Below are positions 40,001 to 54,806 of a DNA stretch of 64,000 nucleotides, one piece after another (the stretch's first letter is position 1; each line of letters begins with the position of its first letter). The stretch is from contig NC_043004.1 in the NCBI RefSeq assembly GCF_006345805.1, positions 23,188,001-23,252,000 of the forward strand. Direction: 5' to 3'. The translations under genes and the position numbers were made by a program. A model generated the notes under the pieces. It saw nothing but the letters and a program-made list of their open reading frames with translations. It ran no database searches and had not been told where the DNA came from. This stretch comes from Octopus sinensis (taxonomy: Eukaryota).

Positions 40001-43000
40001 TGTTATACTCATGGGCTCGTCAGAAACTACATGTGATAATGGTACTTACATAGGAGTCCTTGGTAGAGAGATATACAGACTTGCAAAAGTGTGGGTAAAA
40101 GACATACTGGTGGGTAGATCTGTTGCGGCAAGCGAGTAACGTTGAGATTAATACAAGGGCTTTTAATGGTGCCCCAATACTGCCCCTGATCTCTTTTTTA
40201 GCTATTGCAACCATCAGCCATACGCACCTCCGTCACCGCTGTTTGAACATCTAGACAATTGTACGATACATAACAAAAGTAAATCCGCCTTCATTAATGC
40301 TATCATCTGTCACCACGATCCTCGCTTGCGCCATCTTTGTCTCATCAATATCAACATCACCTCATCACTTAAAGCCCACGTATGACCCTTAACAGCTTAA
40401 GGCGGTGAGCTGGCAGAATCGTTAGCATGTGGGGCAAAAGTCGATTATATAAAAGCTGGGGGTGAGTGAGAGTAGGCTGCACCAATACTGTTGCTTATTT
40501 TGAGACGAGTAGATTAAAGCAACGGGAAACGAAATGCCTTACTCAAGGACGATCCATGAATTGAACTCACAATTTTACGATCATGAGCCGATAACCCTAA
40601 CCATTAGTCCACGTACCGTCACACACACACAATACACATACACACCCTTACACACACATAGAATATATATGTATATTTATATATCTATGATATGTATATA
40701 TACACACACATATACATATATACACATACATAAATGCTTATATACATGCATACCTGTATAGATATACAATATATACATGCATGCATACATAAACACACAC
40801 ATACATGCATATATGCATACATACATACATACATACATACATACATACATACATACATACATACATACATACATACATACGAGTATCGATAAGGAGTTTG
40901 CAAATCCAGTACCCAATATATATTTTCAGCTTCATATCCGTTATCATTAAGCCAACAGGATACATGCCTATTTTTCTGGAGCAAAGTATGGCTGAATTGG
41001 GATCTTAGAGAGAGAACGCAAATCCGTAATTAATACGTTCCAAAGGATCACGTACCTGGGATTGCAAGGCCTTTATAAGATTTAAAAGATGATTGTTAAA
41101 ACAAGATACTTTAATTTCACAATCTCGCTACCAAGTAGCTGGCTGGTAAAAAAATTATTCTAAGTTAAAACGACTATCCTCAGAATAACATGTAATACTA
41201 TATTATATAAGGAGGCTTTACATACATATGGATTGCAATGGTCTTATTGGAAGTCGTTCTTTTAGTGAATTTCTCTCGTGTTTATTCCGAGAAACAGTAG
41301 TATTAGTAGTAGCAGCAGCAGTGGTGGTGGTGGTGGTGGTGGTGGTGATGATGGTGATGATAGTGGTGTTAATGATTTTTGACTTCTGAGTAGGTTTCCA
41401 TTTTTTTTCTTTTATATTTAATCCCTATTGGCTTCTCAGTAATTTTTGGTAATCAATTCGAAATTCTGAGACAATTAATTATCATTCATTCTAATTTTAA
41501 ATATCTTGAAACCTAGCAGCAAATCGTAATTATAACAGTAGTAGCTACAAAGATGACGTTAATAAAGATACATATATCACCATAATGTACGAATAATCGA
41601 TAAATGTTGGCTGACCATTTCTGTAGATTTAATAATGTTATATTTTCGTCTATATTTCGGTCTGTTTCTCTTTCATAAACTTATTTGAATATTCATTTGG
41701 ATTCTTCAGAACCGTCTTAGACTTGCTTCTGACATAGAAATATTGACCTTACAACAACTCTTCAAATAAGGTGTCTGAGAATGGCAAATATCATTAAAAG
41801 GTGTTGTTTACTAATTTTACTAATTTTTGTTCATTAATTATTCAGTTTGTTTATTTTTCAATAACAGTTTGTTTATTCCTTTCGTTATCTTAGTGCAGAT
41901 GACACTTCGATGCTGAAAATTCATCAGATTACCGCGCAACCTACGATTATCGACGGCTCTCAAAACACTTAGCTCTTGACTCGTTGACCAAGAACTAAAA
42001 CAGATTTTTCCTGGTTTGAAAGACGTTTCTCTTGAGTGGGGGTTTTGTTTTTCATATTCAGTAATGCATTATCATGTAGTACAATTAGTGCCCTCTTAAT
42101 GATGGGTACACTGGATAGTTTTTTGGGGTGCCTCATGGGTCTAGGGGTTCAATTCTGATCTATATGGGATGTGGTTGACTGTCAACAAATAAATACGACA
42201 ACCCCCAGAGCTTTGAATTGTTTGGAGTCTTACAACGCCGCTGAGACTTCTCAAGGGATAGTCCACGCTCAGTGTTGAACATCTACAAGTCACTCATTAC
42301 TTATGGTCAAATCCATCGCTACCGACTCATTATCTTTATAGTTCTTTCTTCCTTTCTTTTTACTTTGTTTGGGTAATAGTGGTTGTAGTAATGGGTATTG
42401 TGCGGGTATTTGTGGTTGTGCTCGTTTTTATGGTTGGCGTGGCGATGGTTGCTTTTGATTGTGACGATGGTGGTGGTTTCGACGGAGGTGGTAGTGGTGG
42501 TCGCCACTGCCACCGCCGCTCGATAACGGTACTGGTCGTGGTTCTTTTTCCTTATATTTTGTTGAGCTTAAGCTACCAATCAAGTCGATTTCAGGTATCC
42601 TCCAAAATATATCATGACAGTAGCAGAACGGACAAAATGCATAATTTCCAACATCGGAAAGGTTACCATGGTTTTCTGTAGGCACAAAGGAAAAAACAGA
42701 ACTGAAAATTGCAAAATATTCGATGAAATTTTAGAGCTGCCACTACTTAGAGCGGTTGTAGCACTATGTGAATGTGAACTATATCATCTTGTGGATAGTA
42801 AAATGTAGCACTACCTGAATGTTTTCACAATACTCCATGTCGCTTGTAAAATCTATCACCATATCAATGTTGAATACTACTATATGTTTGGTGAAAGTTA
42901 GTGCTGTGTGGATGGTGAAATATACGAATGTGTGGCAGATGAAATCGAGCAGTATCTAAATGGCGAACTATACCACAATGTGCTCGGTAGTATACTGCCA

Positions 43001-43321
43001 TATAGAGGGTTATAAAATTCCATCATAAGGCTGGTGAAGAATATATCTGCTCAATCAGAGTGACCTAGGACTGAGCAACAATAAATCGTTAGTCATTCAT
43101 CAGATCAAACGATTATCTATGCTATATATGTATATTCCCTGATGTATCAGAGATAACGTTTACATAGAACTTTTGATAATAAACACAGAAGTCGTTATGA
43201 GTCATCATAGTAAATAATCAACGAAATACAGTGTTAAGTAAAGGCTCCCATACTTGATGTGGTTAGCGGAAAAGAAGTTATAATCAATTGAAATTTTGAC
43301 CATAATAATTAAATTGATTAA

Positions 43322-43490
43322 TGTGGCAATCTGGCAGAATCGTTATGTTCTGAGTTCAAATTCCGCTGGGGTCAACTTTGCTTTCCCTCCTTTCGGGTCA
43401 ATAAAAGGAATACCAGTTGAGTAATGGGATCGATGTAATAGACTTACCCTCTCCGTCAAAATTGCTAGTCTTGTACCATAATTTGAAACC
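43322..43490 (+). mobile_element. SINE family A with internal deletion
   Basis: GGCAATCTGGCAGAATCGTTATGTTCTGAGTTCAAATTCCGCTGGGGTCAACTTTGCTTTCCCTCCTTTCGGGTC. Confidence 0.75.
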
Positions 43491-44325
43491 AATAATTAAA
43501 TTGATTAGAAACAGCAGCAACAAATTAATTTTCGACCTTGGGGCCTCTCCTTCGTATTTATACAATGTTTCTTAAAAAGTTAGAAATAGATAATATAAAA
43601 CTTTAGTCTCATGTAGTGGTGAAGTTCCTTTTGTAGCTTAGTGAAGCACCAATAAGTGTATCAAAAGCAAAAGATAGTTTTCAAACAAGCCAGCTTCACT
43701 TAAACATGCAACATAATACACAATACTGCTATATATAATATTACTGCTACAACTGCTGCTGCTGCTACTATTTTGACAACTACTTTTTTTCTTTCTAGTT
43801 TTATATGCTATGAATGAGTTTTGTGTGTGTGCGTGCCTATATGTTTGAATGTACCTTAGTTTGCATAAACTTTAATAAATACGTGTGTATTTATGTAGTA
43901 AAGAAATGTGGCTACTTGTAAGGGATTTGTGCTGCGAAAGGTAACACGCACACTCCTGGATATTAACGAATATATTGCATGTATGTATGTATACAACTGT
44001 TTGAAATTATGTTTTGTATTAATTTATATATTGATAATTTTATCTAAATATATGTATATATGCATATGTTGTACTTGTCTAGCATATTAGATAATCAAAC
44101 ACAGCGTGTTGAATCTAAAGCTATTACAGCAGAAGAGACATTCTAACCAGTTGTTGTTTTGTGCTAGGTCACTCTGATTGAGCAGATCTATTTTTCACCA
44201 ACCTTATGATGGTTATTAGAATTGCACTGCTGAAATACAGCAGAGGAAGAACCAGTAACAGTGGTCGATTGGTCTTATTTCACTATGTACGTATGTATGA
44301 TGGTGACAGACATTATATATATATA

Positions 44326-45574
44326 TCAGGTCATTAAAAATGAAATGTCCGATTTGTTTTATGCAGTAAGTTCGACAGCCGTTAACCCTAATGTTTTACC
44401 ATGACAATTCTTTGTTTTACAACATTGAAGAGCTACATCAGTACCTTTCGATATGCAATTCATGGTATCTAATCATATTGTAATTTTTCTCTAGTAAATC
44501 AATTTTTGTGAACCCATAGAGAGATTAAAAATTCCTGTTGTTTATGACTATGAGTTCCGTTGTGGAACGAATGCATCCCAGACAGCCCCTAACATGAATG
44601 GTTTGTTTGGTAAACATGTGGTGAATTAACACACTGTACGTCAATGGTTTGAGAAGTTCCAGTTTGGTGACTTCACTCTTGAAAATCAGACCCGTAGTAG
44701 ACCTGAGATCAAAGTGGATAATGATGAGCTGGAAACTTTAGTGGAAATGGATACATCTCAAACTACGCGTGAGTTAGCTGCAAGGTTTGATGTTTCGATT
44801 CCAACTGTATTGGACCTTCTGAAACAAATCAGCATGGTAAAGAACCTAGACAAGTAGATACCTAACGAAATGAACGAGAATCAAATAACATATCGTCTTG
44901 AAACTTGCTGTTACGGCATAAAAGCGAACCATTTTGCATCGTATTCTTACGTATGATGGAAAATGTGTTCTTTTCAACTATAGTAAGAGTTCTGCACGGT
45001 GGTTGGATAGAGACGAAGTATCAAAACACAATCCAAAAATGAATATTCACCAAAAATAGCTAATGATGTCTGTTTGATGGTCCAGCGCTGGTGTCATCCA
45101 CAACACTTTCATGAGATCTGGTAAGTCAATTACAGTAGATGTGTACATCAGCCAATTGGATGAAATGATGAGTGAATTTGCAATTAAACAACCGAAACAG
45201 GTCAACAGAAACAGACCAATTCTCTTGCAAGACAATGCTCGACCACATGTTGTACAAATAACGCTACTCAAGTTACAGGAACTGAATTTGGAAGTACTCT
45301 GTCATCCACCATATTCACCAGACCTTGCACCAACTGACTATCACGTTTCCCATGCATTAGACAATTTTTTGCAAGGGCAAAAACTTCAAAAACAGCCTTT
45401 CGTGATTTCATCACCTTTTGCTCTTCAGAATTCTTCTTCACTGGCATAAGCTATCGATGAAATGGCAAAATTGTGTTGACATTTTGGGTGCATACTTTGA
45501 TTAGCGGCATTGCTTTTTGTTGAGATAAAATAAACTTTCAGTTAAAAATCGAACATTTCATTCTTAATGACTTG

Positions 45575-45575
<1 letters not shown>
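44326..45575 (+). mobile_element. Full-length Mariner transposon, transposase pseudogenised
   Basis: TIRs TCAGGTCATTAAAAATGAAATGTCCGATTT / AAAATCGAACATTTCATTCTTAATGACTTGA flanked by TA. Fragments TVRQWFEKF..GDF.LEN..R.RP, LQDNARPH and HPPYSPDLAPTDYH; stops and frameshifts present. Confidence 0.93.
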
Positions 45576-45576
<1 letters not shown>

Positions 45577-45649
<73 letters not shown>

Positions 45650-45760
45650 GGAGAGAGAGAGAGAGGGAGGAGAGAGAGAGAGGGAGAGAGAGAGAGGAGA
45701 GAGAGAGAGGGAGAGAGAGAGAGAGGGAGAGAGAGAGAGAGGGAGAGAGAGAGAGATATG
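45577..45760. repeat. (TA)n then (GA)n compound microsatellite
   Basis: Direct inspection. Confidence 0.95.
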
Positions 45761-46039
45761 TGTGCGTGTCCGTCCGTTGACGGCATGTGAAATATGGAGA
45801 GTCAATTAGCAAAGCAATGCTTGTCGTCGCCATCAATGGAGGAAACGTGAAACGAAAGGAGAAATATACATTTTGCATGCTGAACTTTAGCGAGCTATTC
45901 GAAAACGTACAGCCAGGAAGATGTTTCATGTGCAATATGTGCGGATGCGTGTGGAGCTACAAGGGAAAAGCGGAATTCTGTCTGAGGGCACAATATTCTC
46001 GTTGACCAATGATGTTCTTTATTGGCCACAGGAGGATAT

Positions 46040-46221
46040 ATATACGGGCAAAGATAGTCGATTACATCGACCCCCGTGCTCAACTGGTACTTATTTTATC
46101 GACTCCGAAAGGATAAAAGGCAGAGTCGACCTCGGCGGAATTTGAACTCAGAACGTGAATATGGACGAAATGCCGCTAAGCCTTTCTCCAGGCGTCCTAA
46201 CGATTCTGTCAGTTCGCCGCT
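46040..46221 (-). mobile_element. SINE family A
   Basis: CGACTCCGAAAGGATAAAAGGCAGAGTCGACCTCGGCGGAATTTGAACTCAGAAC...ACGATTCTGTCAGTTCGCCGC. Confidence 0.85.
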
Positions 46222-46224
46222 TTA

Positions 46225-46497
46225 TAGCGTGTAAATATTGGGTTTTAGAAAAGAACTTGGGTGGTAAAAATTTAAGGCTACCGTGGGACTCGAAACCACA
46301 TCTGCTGTAGACAACATATAACTTACACTGGTTATAACGAAGCTTCTAAAATAAACGGACCAGTTCGAAGGATTGCTTTGGTACAACGCTAGAAGATTTG
46401 TCACGTTTATAAAAAGTGGTTGCAGTGTTTGTGTCCTACGGGCAGCCTTCGAATTTTTCCATTCAATGGGTTTTTTTAACGCAATATTTACACGCTA
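46225..46497. mobile_element. Putative MITE, 16-bp TIR, TTA flanks
   Basis: TAGCGTGTAAATATTG (46225-46240) / CAATATTTACACGCTA (46482-46497); TTA at 46222-46224 and 46498-46500. Confidence 0.6.
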
Positions 46498-48419
46498 TTA
46501 TTTATAGCTTCATCTATTTCTCGTTCCATCGATAATAACTATTCATTTTCCGCCTCTCAAAATTTCTAAATTCGTATGACGTAAATAATATATGGATGTA
46601 TTATGTTGTATTTTATCATATGATATTATATTACATAATCGTATCCATCTTTCATCCGTTTTGCAACTGCAATGTCATCATTTTAACATTTATTATCATA
46701 CTTTTTATTTTATCCTGGATTCTTCAGCGCTGCTACTATCAATAGCTGTGAAACTTTGGCAAATTTGATTTTGTGCGTTTGTTATTGTTTTGTTTTGCTT
46801 TACGTTTGTTTTGTTTTTTTTTTGTTTTTTTTATTTTGTAATTCCGTTCCTTATTTTAGTTCATCCACCACCACTAACTACAACAACACTACTTTGAGTT
46901 CATATAACGCTGCATTCAATTAAATCACCTACATTCAGACACTCATTCGATGTTGGCCCTAAGCCTACTCTAAAACAAGGAATGCTTCCTTTTATTAACT
47001 AAATTGATGTTAATTTATTCTTTGTTTCAACAATTTTTCTAAATATAATTTCAGGAGCTCAATAACAATTTTGTTTGTTTATACCAAATAATCCAATTTT
47101 CTTCTCTTTTAATTATGAATGCAATGCTATATCTTGCAAAATATTGTCCAAGACAGAGATTAAAAATAGAAACTAAATACTTTATTCTCAAACGTGTTTA
47201 TACTAGATATTTCATCATCTATTATTATCAGTCAGATTTTAGAATAAAATGTAAGAATTCCTCAGCAAGTTTTACACTTTATAGTTTCATTTATGTATTA
47301 TTCATGTAGTCTGTTTGTTTTGCCAATTCTTCGTGATTCTCTTTCATTTTCCTATATTGTTATTAGAAACACGGAGATGTCTCTTGTAGAAGAGATTAAG
47401 AAGTATTGTATTAGATATAAAAGTTTTTTTGACAATGTCTTAGCTCCAATCTGCAGTTTGATCCAATAGAAATGCGATCAATGATAAGAGATTATCTTCT
47501 ACTGTGTCTATAAATATATTTAGTCCCGGGTTTAGCTGGATTAAATCTTAATTACGTGGAATAAATACAAACACTGCATTACGCCAAAATATTATTTTCA
47601 GGTTAAAAATAATGAGATTAAAAAATAAAAACATCTCTATTTTTATAATTATTTTATTTTATTTATTCAAATACCAGATTTAAGGAATTGGCTTGGAACT
47701 ATTAAATCTAAAGTAATCCACAAATATATCGAAATGCTCCGATTTCTTTTATTTCTGGTTTTGTTTTTACTGTTTGCTTCTTAGTAAATTACGGCTCAAT
47801 ATTTAGAAAAGTTTTGATTATATCTGTCACAGAAATAATCCTACTGAATTAATATTGTAGGTTAATAGGAACATGTCTTAAACTATCTTAGCATAACACC
47901 ATGACTGGAATTCTAACAACAAGAAATTAAATACAAATATAAATACGCATCAACCTAAAACTGATGTTTTTGTTAAGCCAAACAATGTACAAACACTTCA
48001 AATGTCCCCTAGTTAACTGATGACGTACTACATTATGGTTACAGGCTTGCGTGTGTATGTGTATGTGTGTGTGTGTTCTGAAGCAGCATTGAATAGAATA
48101 TACTCGTGTAAAGTCGTATTTAACTTGAACGCGAAGAGACCTTTTGCGGCAGAAAATAGTCCCCTCCTAGATGGCCTATTTGCACACACTTTGGCTGTGA
48201 ACAATGTCACTGAATTGTAGGACACATGCATTTCTGCATTCCTACAATCAGCTATAAACACGAAATTTGACCTTCACAGCCCGATAAGAACATTAAATAA
48301 TACGTTCGCTGATGTGAGTAAAGCTTAGTTAATCTTCGAACGATTTCATTCGTTTCCTTATACAAAATATGTATATATGTATGTATGCATGTATGTATGT
48401 ATGTATGTATGTATTCATT

Positions 48420-48625
48420 TATTCTTTAACTTGTTTCTGTCTTTTCACAATGGATATACTGGGGCGCATCCTTGAAGAGTTTTAGTCGAACAAATCGACC
48501 CCAGGATTTTTTTAAAACCTGGTATTTATTCTATTGGTCTCTCTTTGCCGAAACGCTAAGTTACGGGGAAGTAAACACACCAACACCAGTTGTCAAGCGG
48601 TGGTTGGGACAAACACAGACGTATA
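48420..48625 (-). mobile_element. SINE family B 3' half
   Basis: TTCTATTGGTCTCTCTTTGCCGAAACGCTAAGTTACGGGGAAGTAAACACACCAACACCAGTTGTCAAGCG. Confidence 0.82.
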
Positions 48626-48653
48626 GACACGCGCGCGCATATATGTATGTATG

Positions 48654-48776
<123 letters not shown>

Positions 48777-48808
48777 TACGCACACATACATATGTATATA
48801 CATATTAT

Positions 48809-48848
<40 letters not shown>

Positions 48849-48915
48849 ACACATACATATGTATATACATATTTATACACACACACACACACACACCACA
48901 CACACACACACACAC

Positions 48916-48960
<45 letters not shown>

Positions 48961-49810
48961 TATATATACACATACAGTAAGAATCTACAGGAATGATACA
49001 AAATTCTGAGTTTTGTTTCAAAGAGCTTGTCAAACTTAATAGACTTTCAAATATCAAATCTAAGTGTAGCAAAATGAGAACCACTTTAGAAACTGCGAGT
49101 ATTTCTTATTACAAAAGAACGTTAATTTTCACCTGATATAAGAAATATGCAAAATGTTTTATTAATATGAAGGAGACGAACCACATTTTTCCGAGGTTCT
49201 GAAATGTGGAATATTGTTATATAGTGATATATTCATATTAGTGTCTTCTTCATTATTCTAATCGACCGTTCTACCCTTCGACATTTTTTCCATTTGCCTC
49301 TTGCATTGCATGACGTTCGCTTAGGGAAATCTGAAAAACTATCAAAGAAAGCCGGAGAGAACACAAGTAGAAATGTTGTGCTGAAACAAATAGCAGGTGA
49401 TATCATTAGTCAGTATATATACTTCTCCATATATATATACATACGCAAATACAGGCATATATTCATATCTGGGTATATACATATACACTCTTTTCTGCAG
49501 TATAAAGAAACCGACACCTACACACGCGTGTACACACACATGCACACACATACGTATAGACACAGACACAAACACACAAATCAGTTTTTCCAAAGTAGTT
49601 TTTGCTTCCATAAATTCAAAATACCAACTTTCCTTGACTGATTCTAGAATAATGTATTCAATCTGAGCCATGCAGATATCCTTAATAAATCATTCTTCTT
49701 CATAATGAAGCAGTTTTTTTGTTGATTCAGTTAAGCTTTGTAAGTGATTACTTCCTATTGCTGAATCATCGAGCAGACAGAGAAATACAATAAATAGTAG
49801 AAATCGATAG

Positions 49811-49865
<55 letters not shown>

Positions 49866-51015
49866 GGGTTTTTTATTGTGAAAATACTCGACAAATTTAT
49901 TTCATCAATGTAATTTAGAAACATGTCTTGATGTATTTAAGAAAGTGTAATCAATTTTTTTTTTCAAATCTACGAGAGTTCTGCTTCTACAAGAAAAGCA
50001 AATAACGTCATATAAATTCTTAAAAGAAATTCTCTCTTCAATGTTTTAAAAAAAAGAGATTTTTACTCGAAAGAAATCCATTGAAATGTTGAAAGAAAAC
50101 TAGAGAAAAAAAATGACATTTTTCATCACTAAAAGAAACTACAAAGTTAGTGGCAACTATAAAATGTATTTATATTGTTACGTCTGGGTACCTATGAATT
50201 GATATAGACGAAGTTGCGTTGCTGCATTAGAGAGATTAAATCTAGTCTATAGCATAGAAACAGAGCTAAGCATTTTTCTTTCACGATTAATTGCGAAATC
50301 AATAAAATGTTGTATTATGTGAGGAATTCAATGCATCATGACACCAATGATTTTTATACATACACTTTAATATATAGATACGTGATATCAAACATAAACT
50401 CTCTTTAAATACACCCACAGCTAGATATATGTATGTATATATTTTTCTATGCTTGCAAGCATGTATATGTGTTTGCATGTATATCTGTAATATTAGAGAA
50501 TTATGTAGAACTAGCATGTAATAGATATTGTAAAACTGTTGAAATTCATATAGCGCATTATTTTTGAATGGGCAATATATTGTAACAAAATGTATCCATC
50601 CACATACATATGTGCATCATGTACGTATGTATATAACTAATATATGAAATATAAGCACACACAAACATACATTTACATATATATACAAATTATGTATCTA
50701 GATATACTTGCATAGGTATAGATATTAGTTTTATGTATATGAACATACAACTACATGCACGTGAACACACACATTCAGATATATACATGTGCGTGTGTGT
50801 GTTATATGCCATATACAACATAGAGAATTGGTGGATTTAACATACATATATATATATATTATATATATATATATATATATACATGAGAGAGAGAGAGAGA
50901 CTAAAAATAACAGTAAAAAAAGAGTAATATTGATTGCATTAGTGCTTTCATGTGCTTCCCAATATTTTCGCATGTACATATGTATATATATTTATATACG
51001 CCTGTATATAGAGAC

Positions 51016-51051
<36 letters not shown>

Positions 51052-51099
51052 ACAAAGTGGGGTGGTTCAAAATTCACAGCTGTTTCCGTAGCATTATAT

Positions 51100-51300
51100 T
51101 GATGCATCCATAGATTACATCATAGCAAAATCTCACCACCTTCAGGTAAATTTTGAAGTCATATATAGGCAAGGTAAAATCTGATGATAACATGATAGTT
51201 GGTGAACGGATCATCTTCTGATTATTTTACATGCCTGTATGTGTGCTTAAAGATTACCTGATGATAGGGTTTTGCTATGATGTAATCTAATAATGCATCA
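51100..51300. repeat. Imperfect ~200-bp foldback hairpin
   Basis: TAGATTACATCATAGCAAAA/TTTTGCTATGATGTAATCTA, TCAGGTAA/TTACCTGA, TAGGCA/TGCCTG and GTAAAAT/ATTTTAC nest in inverted order. Confidence 0.8.
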
Positions 51301-52941
51301 CTAAAATACTACTGAAACAATTGTTACGAATTTTGAACCCTGTTTGTGTTCCTCGTTTATGCATACGCCACACCTGAAACCAATCCTGGATTGGATCTAA
51401 AGTTTATATTGGATTTGGTACCTGCCTGTATGTATATGATGTGTGCGCGCGCATGTATGTGTGTGTCAATGTGTATGTGTGTGTGTGTGTATCTAAAGAT
51501 ACTTGCAGTATACTACCAACAAATAACTAGCGATTGTTTTACCATACTGTGAAGTCCTAGTAATACCTAGGCGCCCTTCTTGTTGAGATGTTTAGATGCT
51601 AATAAATACTGTAACTAATCGATGTATGTGTCTCTGTGTACGTGCGTGCGTGTGTGTGCGCATGTTTGAATATGCATATGTGACTTTTTATATAGATACA
51701 TGCGTTGCTAACGGTTTTCTAGTGCAGAAATTAGTTAAACAGAAGGGTAATTTGACATATAATTAGTTTAGTTATTTATTATCTTCATCATTACCTTAAT
51801 ATCATCATTATTCCTTGTTGACTTCATTATTCGTTACTGTCTTCATTATTTATTTATTGTCTTTATTATTTCCTTATTATTTTCATGTTTCTCGATATGC
51901 AAAAACAATGTTTCTATCTCTCACCATGTGTGAAATTTGTTTAGTGCTACTTCTTCACCGTAGATTTTTTTTTGTTTCCATTATTGTAGTTTTCTTATTT
52001 TTGAGTGCAGTGATCGAATGCAAATTGGCCTCACGGGATGAATGCGATTCAAGATTGGATTCTATTATTAACGTTATTTGAAACATAGCATCTTCATCAG
52101 AAATTGGATTATGACAACAGCTGTTATGAACTTTACGGTTAATTCCAATTTTCTTATTCATTACGCTTACTTACGTACATGAAATATCCCCTCATTAACT
52201 TAAACTAATTATATTATTATCTTTTTTCGAATTCTTTCTCTGTTGTTTATGTTACTTAATTAAGTTAAACCACTAAAATTTCCTGTTATCTTCTCTACAA
52301 AATGGTGGAATTCTCACGATGTTATTTCGTTACACATCTCCAATAATAAGAAACTGAAACATAAATCGAATTAAAAATCACTGAAGTAAGACTAGCGATA
52401 CCTATGTATATGATATATATATATATATATATATTGATTTTAAACAGAACAGCAAAGTTTCAAAGTGACTCTAGAGTCCAGAGTTTCAACGATGCACGAA
52501 AGCAACACTGTAATTTCTGTGTATGTAGCTTCTGCTGATGAAAATATAAAATACATATTATGTTTGCTTGTTCTTTGTGCTACGAAAGATAAATAGATGG
52601 ATGGATGGATGGATACATATGTACTCACAAGCAACACATACATTCCTCAATAAATAAATACATATATATATCAGTATGTATGTATGCAAAGGTATGCACA
52701 TATACATGTAAGTATATATATGCATGTGTGTCTCTGTGTGTCTTTGTGTGTGCGTGTGTCTCTGTGTATAATTAGTCTCTGTTAATGAAACGCACGTGTG
52801 TGTACAATAGAAATATGTTATGCACAATCACTTGTGCTTCGTTTTCTGAATGTACTCAGTGAACTATTCAACTGCCGGTTCCAACCGAATAGTATATAGC
52901 CTATAGTGCATATATACAAATATGTGTATATGTGTAACTGC

Positions 52942-53009
<68 letters not shown>

Positions 53010-53084
53010 TTGTATACTATATGTGTGTCTGTATGTATGCGTATATATATGTGTAAGTATAATTTATTTACGCATATATATATA

Positions 53085-53148
<64 letters not shown>

Positions 53149-53931
53149 ATATATATATATATATATATAATGCAAATAAGAAGATGGAGAAACAAATTTG
53201 GTTTGTTCATCAACTTACGGATATTATAATGTTGGATTATTATTTATTTATTCTACAAATGAGAACATCAAAAGCATACAAAAATATTATATAAATCAAT
53301 GGATAAGATAATAATACAAATACAGATTTTAAAAGTCACAGTATAAATTAATGAAATCCTAAAAATTACTTCTTATAGCGGTTTCAGCCTATATATTGTC
53401 GAAATTTATAGAAAAGCAAGGACAAAGACAGGTGTATGAACAACAAGCAAATGTATTAGTTTGACGCTTGGCAAAATGAAACACTTTTGACGTTTCGAGA
53501 CTATGCTCTTTAACAGGAAGGAATAAAAGAAAATAAGCAGAGAGAGAATGAAAAAACTTGTAGATTTTATTGGATTAAGGACAGTACTGTCATCGTTTAA
53601 TAAACAACAGTGAGGAATTAGGTTAAGACGTTTGTTTACATCTTTGGTGTACTTTATAGAGAAGAATTTTGAAAAGTCCCCTCCAAACACGACGGCATAA
53701 TAAACACAATTATTTACTGAACCCGAGATGACAACATAATCAGGATAGTCATAAATAGAATATGACAATGCAATTTGTTTATATAGACTTAATTATGCTA
53801 CCGATGATTATTATTTGTTAATGAGACATGTAAATTATGGTGCAACTAAATGTTTTATTAACAATCTTTTCTCTTTGTCCATATCTGTATGTTTGTGTGT
53901 GATTGTGTGTATGTGTGTGTGGACTACCATG

Positions 53932-53963
<32 letters not shown>

Positions 53964-53965
<2 letters not shown>

Positions 53966-54318
53966 GGGTTGGCCAGCGGTCACGCACAAAATAAGTTCAA
54001 TACGATCCGGAATTGTCATGCTTCAATTTTTCTTAAACTAAATTAAATGAAATAAAAATACACACGTACTTGTACATGATGAACAAAATTAATAATAATA
54101 ATAATAATCCTTTCTACAAATTGCACAAGGCCTGAAATTTAGTTGGGAGGGGCGGTACTTATTTTATCGATCTAGAAAGGATGCAAGGCAAAGTCAACCT
54201 TGGCGGAATTTGAACTCAGAACGTGCTGCTAAATATCTTGTTCAGCATGCTAACAATTCTGCCAGCTCGCATAAATAAAATGTGAACTGTTTTGGTGCGT
54301 GACTTCCGGCCCACCCTG
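53964..54318. mobile_element. Tc1/mariner-type MITE carrying a nested SINE A (~54108-54270, minus)
   Basis: TA-CAGGGTTGGCCAGCGGTCACGCACAAAA ... TTTTGGTGCGTGACTTCCGGCCCACCCTG-TA. Confidence 0.75.
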
Positions 54319-54752
54319 TATAATTATGTATGTGTATGCAGATAGATAGATAGATAGATAGATAGACAATCATGCAAACACATATATACATATAGAGCAC
54401 CACTCGATGCTTTTGGACAAATTCATAAGTTAGACAAGTCTCGTAAATTATATATATACACTTTAGCTTCGCTGGGAACTATAAACGAAAAGATTAGAAC
54501 ACTGTTATTCAAATTAGATTCATATGAGGAGGTTATGAGGTTGACTCAGAGAAGAACAATTTTGTTGCCTTTTGTCTTTTATCTTTTAACTTTTGTCAGT
54601 CTTTGAACTACCGTCATGCTGGAACAGTATTTTGAATGGATTTAGCTGAACATATCGACCTAGTTCCTTTTTTTTTAAGTCTGGCACTTACTCTATCACT
54701 CTTACCGAACTGCGAGAATACAGGTTCATATACAAATGGTCGACTACAGCAC

Positions 54753-54802
<50 letters not shown>

Positions 54803-54806
<4 letters not shown>

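Noticed and set aside
40010-40030. CTGACGA on the minus strand
   Set aside because: No closing stem II or GAAAC at a plausible distance.
42700-43020. Interrupted frame with a twice-occurring E(L/I)Y..V......YLN pattern
   Set aside because: Contains stops, has no recognisable family and no splice support; could be chance.
49905-49935. CATCAA...GAAACATGTC TTGATG with stem I-like flanks
   Set aside because: No CUGANGA core or stem II.
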